Notes under the pieces: model-generated
The model's database searches: none
The model's input: the letters and a program-made list of their open reading frames with translations, nothing else
What the model was told of the DNA's origin: nothing
Position numbers and translations under genes: made by a program
Shown here: one piece after another, positions 9,806 through 19,458 of the stretch
Position numbering within the stretch: the first letter of the stretch is position 1
Layout of the letters: every line of letters begins with the position of its first letter
Assembly (NCBI GenBank): GCA_047602735.1
Contig: JBLKOK010000002.1
Location: 20,280 to 84,279, forward strand
From: Candidatus Woesearchaeota archaeon
GTDB lineage: Archaea; Nanobdellota; Nanobdellia; Woesearchaeales; 21-14-0-10-32-9
Length of the DNA: 64,000 nucleotides
Reading direction: 5' to 3'

Positions 9806-10761
9806 ATTAGCCTCCTATACGCTGTGTTTATTAGTATCCAGTCTACAAATAACAATAATAATGCAAGTACTAAAGAGTAAAATGCTACGTTGTAATCAAG
9901 CATTCTTTGGCTTGATGAAAAAACTAAGCTTTGGAGTGCTGCATCTATTTCTTCTTTTGTGACAGCTACGTATGCCTGACCGTTTGTTTGAGAGGATATA
10001 TATTGAGCGGTTTCTTGATTAACAACGCTTGTAAGCTCATAATATTCTTGTAAGAATCCCGCAGGTCCAGAGTCTGTTCCTATTGTTATTGTGTGTATTA
10101 TTACTTGGTTGTCTCTTGCATATTTTACTGCTTCAACTATAGGGTCTGCTATAAATCCACCTACGTTTGAAACTCCATCTGTAAGCATAATTATGGTTCT
10201 GCCACTATCAGGATCTGATAGTAATAGGTTCGTCGAAGTTACTATAGCATTACTTATGTCTGTTCCTCCAAGAGGTAATGTGTTTGCTTGAGATAATGCT
10301 AATTGCACATCTAGCCTATTTGATGTTAGTGGCTGGTTTACAAATGTGGTTCCTCCAAAAGTAATTAATGCTAAGTTTGTTCTTTCACTAAAACTTAAAA
10401 TAAAACTAGAAAGGCTTTCTTTTGATGCACTAAATCTGTTTGGCGATATATCTCCTGCAGTCATACTAGGACTTCCATCTAAAGCTAACACTATATTTGT
10501 GTCTAATCCTTCTCCTAAGAACCATAGTTGTGTTCCAGTTACTGCGACTACCAAAAAAAATATTATTAGTACTCTTAAAACAAGGTGAGTTAAGTTTTTT
10601 GTTATAAGGTTTTCTCCACTAATTCTTTTAAGAGTTTCATAATTTGCAAACTTTATAGCTTTCGCCTTGCTTTTTTTGAAAAAGTAAAAATGACTTATAA
10701 TTAATAACGGTATTAAAAATAAAAACCATAAATACATCGGGTTTTGAAATGTTAAATACAT
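9802..10761 (-). CDS. von Willebrand factor A domain protein with N-terminal TM helices (BatA-like)
   Basis: vWA with a MIDAS-like motif IVLALDGSPSMTAGD ... TDGVSN. It follows DUF58 and MoxR in the same operon. Confidence 0.7.
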   Translation of the reverse strand: MYLTFQNPMYLWFLFLIPLLIISHFYFFKKSKAKAIKFANYETLKRISGENLITKNLTHLVLRVLIIFFLVVAVTGTQLWFLGEGLDTNIVLALDGSPSMTAGDISPNRFSASKESLSSFILSFSERTNLALITFGGTTFVNQPLTSNRLDVQLALSQANTLPLGGTDISNAIVTSTNLLLSDPDSGRTIIMLTDGVSNVGGFIADPIVEAVKYARDNQVIIHTITIGTDSGPAGFLQEYYELTSVVNQETAQYISSQTNGQAYVAVTKEEIDAALQSLVFSSSQRMLDYNVAFYSLVLALLLLFVDWILINTAYRRLI

Positions 10762-10763
10762 GT

Positions 10764-11660
10764 TTATTCAGTCCTCTTTGCTCTTCTATTGAAAAATTTC
10801 ACTATTTCATCAACAGGGTCTTGATCGGTTCTTAAAACTAAACAATCTCCTTTTGATTTTCTAAGCGATATCTCTATGAATTTTATTCTTTTTAAGTTTT
10901 CTTCCTTATACCTTTTTTTTAATTGATTTGTTGATATTATTAAGTTGTCTTTGTCATATGGATTTTTTAAAACTAATCTTCCGTTCAAAGAAGGAAGTTC
11001 TAAATCTACCGGGTCAAGTATCATTATGTTTATAACTTCAAATCTGGAGCCTAACATTTTTATATATGTTTCCCAGTTTTCTTGTATCCCGAACATATCA
11101 GATACTAACATTATAACTGCTCTTTCTTTTAATAAAGATTTTGTTAGTAATAATGCTTTTTTTAAATCAAATCCTCCACCGTAATTTTTACCGTTTAAAA
11201 TATTTTTTTGCATGTTGTTTAATATTTGTTGTCCCATACCCGGGTACACAGTATTTATTATATTATCATTAAACATAGACATACCTACTTCATCTCCTGA
11301 TTTAAGCATAGCGTCGGCTAAAACATATATTGTTTCTGCAGCATATTCACATTTTAATTTAGAAGTACTACTAAAAAGCATAGAATCACTTACATCAAAT
11401 AAAAAAAAGATTGTTGTGTTACGATATTCTTCAAATTCACGTATTAATACATCATTTGCTCTTTTTGAAGCTCTCCAATCTATTAATTTAGCATCATCTC
11501 CAAAAACATAGTTCCTAAATCCAGCAAACTCTATACCTCTTCCTTTAAACGCAGTACTCATTTCACCTTCTAAGCTTTTTGATAAAACCGATCTTCTTGC
11601 ATAAACATCTAATTTACGAAGTTCTGGTTTTATGTCAATTCTTAGATCTTTTATAGCCAT
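10764..11660 (-). CDS. DUF58-family protein (MoxR-associated vWA-like)
   Basis: DUF58 signature IDWRASKRANDVLIREFEEYRNTTIFFLFDVSDSM, placed immediately downstream of a MoxR ATPase. Confidence 0.7.
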   Translation of the reverse strand: MAIKDLRIDIKPELRKLDVYARRSVLSKSLEGEMSTAFKGRGIEFAGFRNYVFGDDAKLIDWRASKRANDVLIREFEEYRNTTIFFLFDVSDSMLFSSTSKLKCEYAAETIYVLADAMLKSGDEVGMSMFNDNIINTVYPGMGQQILNNMQKNILNGKNYGGGFDLKKALLLTKSLLKERAVIMLVSDMFGIQENWETYIKMLGSRFEVINIMILDPVDLELPSLNGRLVLKNPYDKDNLIISTNQLKKRYKEENLKRIKFIEISLRKSKGDCLVLRTDQDPVDEIVKFFNRRAKRTE

Positions 11661-11663
11661 TGT

Positions 11664-12734
11664 CTAAATTATTTTTACTTTTGAAAGAATCTCATCTATC
11701 ACAGTTTCAGAACTTATACCTTCAGCTTCGCCTTCAAAATTTATAACTATCCTGTGTCTTAACACATTTTTAGCCACATCCTTTACATCCGCAGGCGTTA
11801 CTTGTATCCTATTTCTAATTAAAGCTTTAGCTTTGCTTGCTACAAAAAGACCTATGCTTGCCCTTGGACTTGCTCCAAAAGAAACATATTTTGCATTTTC
11901 TAAACCATATTTTTCTGGATGCCTGGTAGCATCTACTATTCTAACAATGTATTCTTTCATCTTTGTATCTGTTCTTATTTGTTTTACAAGATTTTGTGCT
12001 TCTATTATTTGATCTGTGTTTAATATTGGTTGAACGTTATAATCTTCAAATTTCTTAGTAGTCATATTTGTATCTAAAATTAATATTTCTTCTTTAGTTT
12101 TTGGATAGTCCATTATTACTTTGTATAAAAAACGATCAAGTTGAGCTTCAGGCAATTTATATGTACCTAATTGCTCTAATGGGTTTTGAGTTGCCATAAC
12201 AAAGAAAGGTTGTGGTAGATCATATGTCTCTTTACCTATTGTTACTTGTCTCTCCTGCATCGCCTCAAGTAACGCAGATTGTACTTTTGGCGGACTTCTA
12301 TTTATTTCGTCTCCTAAAACAAAGTTTGCAAATACAGGACCTTTAATTGTATAAAATCCTTTACCTTCTTCGTAAGTAGTTATACCAATTATATCAGTAG
12401 GTAATAAGTCCGGCGTGAATTGTATCCTTGAATAAGAACAACCAGTTATTTTAGATAATGCCCTAACAAGTAATGTTTTTCCAACTCCAGGTATACCTTC
12501 AAGTAATACATTTCCATTACACAAGAAGCACTCTATTAAGTTAGATACTACTTCGTCTTGTCCAACAAATACGTTAGATACTTCTTTTCTTATTTCTTCT
12601 AATTTTACTTGATATAATTGGACTTTTTGTTTTAAAGTATCATCATCATATTGAGGCATACTTACAACAACCTCTTTTTTTATTGAAGAAGTTTTATTTT
12701 GTTTTTTTTTAGAATTTGATATTTTTCCCACCAT
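11664..12734 (-). CDS. MoxR-family AAA+ ATPase
   Basis: Walker A GIPGVGKT, a Walker B region, sensor motifs, and the conserved MoxR C-terminal lid. Confidence 0.9.
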   Translation of the reverse strand: MVGKISNSKKKQNKTSSIKKEVVVSMPQYDDDTLKQKVQLYQVKLEEIRKEVSNVFVGQDEVVSNLIECFLCNGNVLLEGIPGVGKTLLVRALSKITGCSYSRIQFTPDLLPTDIIGITTYEEGKGFYTIKGPVFANFVLGDEINRSPPKVQSALLEAMQERQVTIGKETYDLPQPFFVMATQNPLEQLGTYKLPEAQLDRFLYKVIMDYPKTKEEILILDTNMTTKKFEDYNVQPILNTDQIIEAQNLVKQIRTDTKMKEYIVRIVDATRHPEKYGLENAKYVSFGASPRASIGLFVASKAKALIRNRIQVTPADVKDVAKNVLRHRIVINFEGEAEGISSETVIDEILSKVKII

Positions 12735-12852
12735 AATGATAATAATATATAAATTGCTTTATTAAATTATTGTTTTACTTTTAAATGATAACACGGAAAA
12801 ATAAAGTATAATGTAGAAAGGTTTAAATAGAGAATATGTAATTAAATTATGT

Positions 12853-13260
12853 ATGAAGGGTGAGCTAGTAGTTGAAAAACCAACTAAGAAAGATATTCTT
12901 AGAGATAGTTTAAAAAAAATAAATTATTATTTAACTAAAGCAGTTGTGACTGAAAAAGAAGTTTATGATGTATATAAGGCTTTTTTTAGTAAGTATTATG
13001 AGTTAAATTATGAGTTTTCTGCACAAGAACTTATTTTAGAACTTGATAAAATATACATAGAAGATAAAGTTAGACAGTATTATGAATACATAGCAAAAAA
13101 AATAAGTGTCATCGAATATAAAGATAATTCTTTGCCAGATAATGAATTAAAAGAAATCTTAGATTTATTAAAACAAGTAGTTGAATATTTAATAAAACAT
13201 GAGCCTAAACCAAAAAAAGATTTCTTAAAAAAAATAAAATCTTATTTCAAAAAAAAATAA
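12853..13260 (+). CDS. hypothetical charged/helical protein
   Basis: ORF only. No recognisable motif. Confidence 0.25.
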   Translation: MKGELVVEKPTKKDILRDSLKKINYYLTKAVVTEKEVYDVYKAFFSKYYELNYEFSAQELILELDKIYIEDKVRQYYEYIAKKISVIEYKDNSLPDNELKEILDLLKQVVEYLIKHEPKPKKDFLKKIKSYFKKK

Positions 13261-13265
13261 CTATA

Positions 13266-16200
13266 TTATACTTCTTTTAACAATTTTTCTTTTACAGAAA
13301 GCATTACATATATACCAATAGTTAATATTGTCAATATAGCAACCCAAGTAATTATTTGTGTACTAAATTCATCAGAGAAATCATATGCTCTTCTAACTAA
13401 TCCAGGATTTTCTATTCTTAGCTCTTCTCCTCTAACCAAGGTTCTGCAGCCATTAATTATTATGTTTACTAAGTCTCCTGCTGCTTGAACTTCTCCTCTT
13501 TCAAGCATTTGTTGAGCTTCTGATAAGTAATCATTTAATTCTTGACATTCAGGGTTTTCTGCGAGTAAATCCCTTGCAAAAGTTACTCTAACTTGTCTAT
13601 CATCTCCTGCTCCAGATTGCTCTAAACCTGCTACCAATATACTTGCAGTATCTTTAAACTCTGGTTCTGCAACACTTACATTAACTCTTAATTCATAAGG
13701 TGCTTCTTCATCCCTAAAATTTTCAACAGTTAAAAGCGTGTACGCAGTTTGTCCAACCCCAAGTGATGCTATAAAATCTACTGTGAACGAATATGTCATC
13801 TCAGGGTGATCTGGCATAAGTGCAGATAAACTAATACCTCTTATTTCTTCAGTATAAGTGTTTTCTATTATTATTGGTAGTTCTATTGTTTGATTTGAAA
13901 ATAAACTTGCGTTTGATGGAAATAATATGTTTAATGGTTTTGGTACATCTACATCTTCTTGGAAAGGTATAGGTACTGGTCTTGGAGTTGATACCGGAAC
14001 GGGGTTTGGTGGTTCTGGTATGAAGTCAACAACCGTTATTGTTATTTCCTCGCTTGTTGCAACTTCTCCATTTGGATTTGTGGCAGTAAATCTTACATTA
14101 CAAACCCCTGTTGTTTGAGGTGCTAGAGTTAACATATCCCCTGAGTAACTAAAAGTTACGATTCCACAATTACCTGCATTTAAAACACCATAAGTTAGTG
14201 TTGTTGGTTCATTTTCTCCATTCCTTATCCCATCCATATTAAGGTCTTCGTCAGGAGTGTAAAATCTAACAGTAGAACCAGTTATCTCAGGATGTGGAGC
14301 ATAACTAAAATAGTCTGGAAGCTGAGTCGTTGAACTTATTTCTATATCTGGGAATCCATCAGGACAAGCAAAAGGAGGTCTTGGAAGTATATTTGTTGCA
14401 AATTGCCAATCAAACGTAGTAAAACTACCCCTACTATCAATTACCTTAACACTTACATTTCTAGTCATGGATAAGTTTATATTATCTTCAAAGGTATAAC
14501 TTGAGTTAACCCCTGGCGTGACATTAGTCAGGTTGGCAACAAGTATTCCATCTACGTACCATTCGAAGTTTGCGAAGTTGTCAGGGTCTGTATCATTATC
14601 CAATGTAATTTGTGCATCAAATACAAAAGGTTGATCGCTATGAGGTTCTTGAGTTACCAGTGCGTATTGACAACTTGAATGAAACTGAGTCGTGGTGTTA
14701 ATAAGAACAGACGGCTCTTCAAAAGTTTTATTGCCTTTTGGAGTAAATGCCGTAAAGTTTGTTATTTGTCCATCTACAAACGGTTTTATATGAGTTATTT
14801 CAGGCTCGGATGTTATTGGGAGAATTTCAAAAAAAACATTTTGTTCTTCAAAGGCACCTTGACTATCTGTTACTCTTATTAAAAAAGAGGCATTACCAAC
14901 CGTTTCTGGTGTGAATAATAGTCTTGCTTGAGTTTGAGTACCGTCAATTTTTATTATTTGAAGATTATTAATGTTTTGTGAAGGATCACTAACCATATAA
15001 GTTAGTTCTTCTGATCCAAATTCTGGAGGTATTAATAAGTCAAAGTCTTGAGCATAAATAGTTTTATTTACAGGCCTATTTACAACTATGTTTTCTAAAA
15101 CTATATCATAATTCAATAAAGTATTAGAGGGATGTACAAAGAAAGGAGCATCGTTTGTGTTAAGTATTGTGAAATTAAATATTTGATTACTTGATTGATT
15201 AAATGTTCCTTTTTCATCAGTTAAAGAAATGTTTATTGAGTGAAATCCTACTTGACTGTTTGCTTCAAATACAACAGATCTGGTCATGTTAATTGTGAAA
15301 TTAAAATAATTTATACCTGCAATAGTATTATTTTGTATTATTATATTTTGATATATACTAGTATTAAAATCAGTTAATGAATCTACATTAATAGATATGT
15401 TTTCGCCATCAAGTTCTATTCCTTGAAATTCTATTAAAATGGATTCGTTTTGATAATAATTAATATTAGCTAAAGACATATTTAATATAGGCGCGTTGTT
15501 TGATGTTATTTCAAGAGTCATTATTCTGCTATCATTATATTCTCCATCAGAAACAGTATAATTTATTTGCCAAGTGCCAATATATGAAGAGTTAAGTATT
15601 GTTACATTTATTAGTCCTGTGTTTGGATCAACAGGGAATCTTTCTGAGTCGTTTGAGTAATAGGTTAATGTTCCTGTTTGTAAAAAGTCATATGTTAATT
15701 GATCTGGATCTGTTGCGTTTAGTTGGTATATGAAGTTTCCAAGAACAAAACTAGATTGGTTTGACATATTCCCATTTATTCCTACTTCGTGTAAGGATGG
15801 AGGATCGTTGACATTTATTATATCTAAGAAGACGTTTCTTTCAAAAGATCTTGCTTGACCATCATATATTTCTATGTCTACATATCTGCATGCAACGTGA
15901 TCGTTTGTTAGCGTTGTGTTTATCATAAATGTTGCATTACTAGAGTTATCTATAACGACTATGTCATCTTGCCAAGGAAACATAGCAGCAGTACAATTGA
16001 ATTGATAGTCAGGGTCTTCAGGCAAGGTTATAAATAAGCTAAGTACATCATCTTGGTCAGGGTCAGATGCAGTTATTATAGCAGTATAATTTTGATTTTG
16101 TACCCCGCTTGGTAGCTCAGATAAGTTAGAAGTTATATTTGGAGGAAAATTCGTTGATGTTATTTCTAAATTAAAATCTATTGAACTAGGAGATCTTGAA

Positions 16201-17159
16201 CTATTTGATCCAAAGCTATCCGTTACATTTATTTGAATAGTCCAATTTCCTACAGCATCATTTGTTGGCATGCCTTCAAACGGACCTACAGTTGCAAAAA
16301 ATAATCTAGCAGTAGTATCGTTTATAACTTCAAGACTTAGAGATTCAGGTAGTGTGCTTACAAGAGTAAAATTTAATGGAAAATCTAATTCTTCATCAAC
16401 TCCTGTTATGTTAAGAGTCCATACATCATCTGCAGTTATTGTTACGTTGTCATATTCCCCAACAAATTCTGCTTGATCATTTACAGGTATTAAATCAAAT
16501 AATTTGACAGTACCAAAAGAGTTTCCTCCTGCTCTTTCTTCAAATTCTAACCTAAATGAAGTTATAGATTCAGGAGCAGGATCTTCAGTTCCTGCAACAT
16601 GAATATGTTGAGGCATACAACTAATTTCACCAGTAGTTGTACTTATTAAAGAACAAACACCTTCAGGGATTTGTTGATCTAATCTAAATGTTACAGATAA
16701 GTCGGATGGATCTGCAGAGTTTATAAATAAAGTTGTTATTTGATCTTCTGTTAAATTAAATTCATCAGGAATTATAGTTCCATTAGGATATGATAACCAT
16801 GGCGCAAAATGTGCTTGAGAAGAATTTTGAGAAACAGAGTCAGTTGCATTAGTTATTGTAACTTCACAAATCCACCTATTACCCCTACTAATTGAAGAAG
16901 AAAGAACAATTGTTTGATTATCAAAACCAGGTTCATAGTTTAAAAGTTCTGTATCTCCTTTAAACCATTTAATTGAATATGTATCAAACCCTGTAGCTTC
17001 CCATCCACAATTTAAAGATTGGTTTGTTAAATATGGTCTTTGATTATCGTTTAAAGCAGGGTTTTGAGTGAATTCTAGTGCAGAAACTGTGTGTATATTT
17101 AAGAGTATTATTAAAATTATTAATAATTGTTTCATATTCAAGTTATATGTTCTTTTCAT
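13266..17159 (-). CDS. giant (1297 aa) N-glycosylated cell-surface protein with cadherin-like/Ig-like repeats, a signal peptide and a C-terminal TM anchor
   Basis: Signal MKQLLIILIILLNIHTVSA, dozens of N-x-S/T sequons, DPDQDD and DPDQLTYDF cadherin-like motifs, and a C-terminal helix IITWVAILTILTIGIYVMLSV. Confidence 0.6.
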   Translation of the reverse strand: MKRTYNLNMKQLLIILIILLNIHTVSALEFTQNPALNDNQRPYLTNQSLNCGWEATGFDTYSIKWFKGDTELLNYEPGFDNQTIVLSSSISRGNRWICEVTITNATDSVSQNSSQAHFAPWLSYPNGTIIPDEFNLTEDQITTLFINSADPSDLSVTFRLDQQIPEGVCSLISTTTGEISCMPQHIHVAGTEDPAPESITSFRLEFEERAGGNSFGTVKLFDLIPVNDQAEFVGEYDNVTITADDVWTLNITGVDEELDFPLNFTLVSTLPESLSLEVINDTTARLFFATVGPFEGMPTNDAVGNWTIQINVTDSFGSNSSRSPSSIDFNLEITSTNFPPNITSNLSELPSGVQNQNYTAIITASDPDQDDVLSLFITLPEDPDYQFNCTAAMFPWQDDIVVIDNSSNATFMINTTLTNDHVACRYVDIEIYDGQARSFERNVFLDIINVNDPPSLHEVGINGNMSNQSSFVLGNFIYQLNATDPDQLTYDFLQTGTLTYYSNDSERFPVDPNTGLINVTILNSSYIGTWQINYTVSDGEYNDSRIMTLEITSNNAPILNMSLANINYYQNESILIEFQGIELDGENISINVDSLTDFNTSIYQNIIIQNNTIAGINYFNFTINMTRSVVFEANSQVGFHSINISLTDEKGTFNQSSNQIFNFTILNTNDAPFFVHPSNTLLNYDIVLENIVVNRPVNKTIYAQDFDLLIPPEFGSEELTYMVSDPSQNINNLQIIKIDGTQTQARLLFTPETVGNASFLIRVTDSQGAFEEQNVFFEILPITSEPEITHIKPFVDGQITNFTAFTPKGNKTFEEPSVLINTTTQFHSSCQYALVTQEPHSDQPFVFDAQITLDNDTDPDNFANFEWYVDGILVANLTNVTPGVNSSYTFEDNINLSMTRNVSVKVIDSRGSFTTFDWQFATNILPRPPFACPDGFPDIEISSTTQLPDYFSYAPHPEITGSTVRFYTPDEDLNMDGIRNGENEPTTLTYGVLNAGNCGIVTFSYSGDMLTLAPQTTGVCNVRFTATNPNGEVATSEEITITVVDFIPEPPNPVPVSTPRPVPIPFQEDVDVPKPLNILFPSNASLFSNQTIELPIIIENTYTEEIRGISLSALMPDHPEMTYSFTVDFIASLGVGQTAYTLLTVENFRDEEAPYELRVNVSVAEPEFKDTASILVAGLEQSGAGDDRQVRVTFARDLLAENPECQELNDYLSEAQQMLERGEVQAAGDLVNIIINGCRTLVRGEELRIENPGLVRRAYDFSDEFSTQIITWVAILTILTIGIYVMLSVKEKLLKEV

Positions 17160-17161
17160 TT

Positions 17162-18931
17162 TTATAAATCTTTACCTTTTTGAATCCACGAAACGACGTA
17201 GCTTATATGATAATATAGCTGAAATATCTCTGGTTGTAGAGATATTTTTTCTTTTTCTGATAAGTTTTCATATTCTTGAAGGGTTTTAATATAATTTTTT
17301 TTTGCTTGTTCTATTTCTAAGAATTGTAGAGCTACGTATGCATTATGAATCAAAGCAATAATTTTTTGTGATGAATCTCCTTTAATTATTAGTTCTACTA
17401 CTTTAAAATCAGCATCTTCTTTTGTAGTATTACTTGTTGAAAAAATATACGCTCTTAGTCCTTGTATTAGCATTCTTGTGTATTCTTGCGATAATAAAAG
17501 TTTATGTCTTTCTAATATAATTGTTCTGTTTAGTGCTCTGTTTAGTGCTTCTTTTAAATCTTTATGAACTAATTTTTCTATTTTTAAAGAAGCATCCTTT
17601 TTATTAAATTCTACAGGTATTTTGAATGCTAAAGAAAAGTAAGATCTGTATAGATTTATTATATCTTGAACTACTTGAGATGTTGTTAAATATTTTGGTT
17701 TTACATTTATGTTTAGCTCTATTTTTGCTATTTTTTTTAAAAGAGTTTTTTTATCTTTATCAGATAAAAGTAGTTCTTTTCTTCTTTTTTTTGTAAGATA
17801 CCACATAATTTTTGCATACATAGTTCTTATTTGTTTTCTAAATGTAAGATAAGTAGCACTTAATACTGCAGAAGTTAATAAACCTATAAGTATGTATGTT
17901 AAAAAAGAGTCTTGTTCTTCAAAAGGTCTTGCATCAGGGGTTTCTATTCTTATTTCTTCTTCTTGTTCTTCTAATTCTTCTTCTGGGCTTGGAGGCGTTG
18001 GAGGATCTTGAGGTTCTATGTATTCACATTCTTCCCAAAAAATTCTTTCTAATCTGTTTAAATCACACGCATTTATATCAAAACATTGTCTATATCTAGA
18101 TCCATTCTCTAAACAATTACTCCATCTTCTACATTGCCATTCAGGAGTACATGAAGGTGCTGCTGCACCAGATGCTCCTGAAGCACTAGATACCTCAGTA
18201 CATAATGATTTTAATTCAACCATATTGGAATCTACCGTTAGATTTCCAGGATCTTTAGCAGTAAAATAAACAAAACCATCTTGACAGTTTCCTGCAGGAT
18301 TTGTTATAGTAACAAGGCTGCTGTTTGCAATTGTTATTCTAAAGTTTCCAACGCTACTAAAAGTATATGTTAAGTTATCTCCATCAGGGTCATAGAAATG
18401 ATCGTTTAATACAAATACTTGACGAGCAACTCCAGGATCTAAACTTTGACTAGGTATTAATTTTTTTAATTCAGGAGGATCATTGATATCTAGTAATTCA
18501 AATTCCAAGTCAAAATAAATAGGTATTGGACACTGAGATAAGTCTTCTAAGAGAAATCCTATAGTGTTATTTCCAACAGCTGATTGATTGCCCGTTATAA
18601 AAAAACTTTGATTATCTTCTGCAAAATAAAAGACTAATCCATTTCTAAGTTCTACTACAGAAAGCATCATTCTAAATCCAAACGGGTGGGCTAGGTCTAA
18701 TGAACATTCTTGTGTCCAGTTTTCTAGAGAAGTACTTTGATTGAATGCTTGAGGACAATTAACTATTACTTCTCCAGGTCTGTTTATACATAAATAAGTA
18801 CTTCCGACTGCTACTTTTGCAACATATTCTGGTTGATTTGATATAAAATTAGCTGTATTTAGTACCCATATTGTTTGAAAAAGTATAACTGAGACTACTA
18901 AAAGAACAGTTATTGTTAAGTAATTCTTCAT
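17162..18931 (-). CDS. single-pass receptor-like surface protein: signal peptide, cadherin-like ectodomain, Cys-rich module, Pro/Glu-rich stalk, TM helix, ~230 aa cytoplasmic domain
   Basis: Contains DPDGDNLTYTF, a Cys-rich block CTPEWQCRRWSNCLENGSRYRQCFDINACD, a stalk PPTPPSPEEELEEQEEE, and the TM helix FLTYILIGLLTSAVLSATYL. Confidence 0.5.
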   Translation of the reverse strand: MKNYLTITVLLVVSVILFQTIWVLNTANFISNQPEYVAKVAVGSTYLCINRPGEVIVNCPQAFNQSTSLENWTQECSLDLAHPFGFRMMLSVVELRNGLVFYFAEDNQSFFITGNQSAVGNNTIGFLLEDLSQCPIPIYFDLEFELLDINDPPELKKLIPSQSLDPGVARQVFVLNDHFYDPDGDNLTYTFSSVGNFRITIANSSLVTITNPAGNCQDGFVYFTAKDPGNLTVDSNMVELKSLCTEVSSASGASGAAAPSCTPEWQCRRWSNCLENGSRYRQCFDINACDLNRLERIFWEECEYIEPQDPPTPPSPEEELEEQEEEIRIETPDARPFEEQDSFLTYILIGLLTSAVLSATYLTFRKQIRTMYAKIMWYLTKKRRKELLLSDKDKKTLLKKIAKIELNINVKPKYLTTSQVVQDIINLYRSYFSLAFKIPVEFNKKDASLKIEKLVHKDLKEALNRALNRTIILERHKLLLSQEYTRMLIQGLRAYIFSTSNTTKEDADFKVVELIIKGDSSQKIIALIHNAYVALQFLEIEQAKKNYIKTLQEYENLSEKEKISLQPEIFQLYYHISYVVSWIQKGKDL

Positions 18932-18969
18932 GACAATTTATTTGTCGTCATAAAGATATATAAATATTA

Positions 18970-19458
18970 CTATCTTGATATGTTTAATTGCACGTTTTGT
19001 TGTTGTTTTTGTGGTTCTTGAAATGGTATATCTTGACCACCTAATAGTTTTGTTATAAAGAAGTTGTTTCTTTTAAGATTATATATCCTTATTTTACCTT
19101 CGTAATATCCTAGTTCTTGGTATTTTGCAATTGCTAAGAAGTTTAATTGGTTTGATGATTCGTGTATATTTTCTAAATATATAAACTGAGATATATTACC
19201 CTCAATTTTTATTAATAATTCCCCATTATTTTGAGGTATGTTTATTGTTCTTTTAGAAGTTCCCTTATATCTTATTGTTCCAAAATGAAGTGCGTCATTA
19301 TCTAAATTAAATCCTACTTCTTGACCTATTATTAATGTTGTATCAAGTTCAACATAGTCATTTATAGATGACTGTACATAAAAAAGAGCAAATACACTAA
19401 TTAAAAATAAAGTCATAGATGTTAAGGCTATCAGTCCTAAAATTTTTATTTTATTCAT
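18970..19458 (-). CDS. small membrane-anchored extracytoplasmic protein
   Basis: N-terminal TM ILGLIALTSMTLFLISVFALFYV followed by a ~130 aa soluble domain. It overlaps the upstream gene by 8 nt. Confidence 0.35.
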   Translation of the reverse strand: MNKIKILGLIALTSMTLFLISVFALFYVQSSINDYVELDTTLIIGQEVGFNLDNDALHFGTIRYKGTSKRTINIPQNNGELLIKIEGNISQFIYLENIHESSNQLNFLAIAKYQELGYYEGKIRIYNLKRNNFFITKLLGGQDIPFQEPQKQQQNVQLNISR

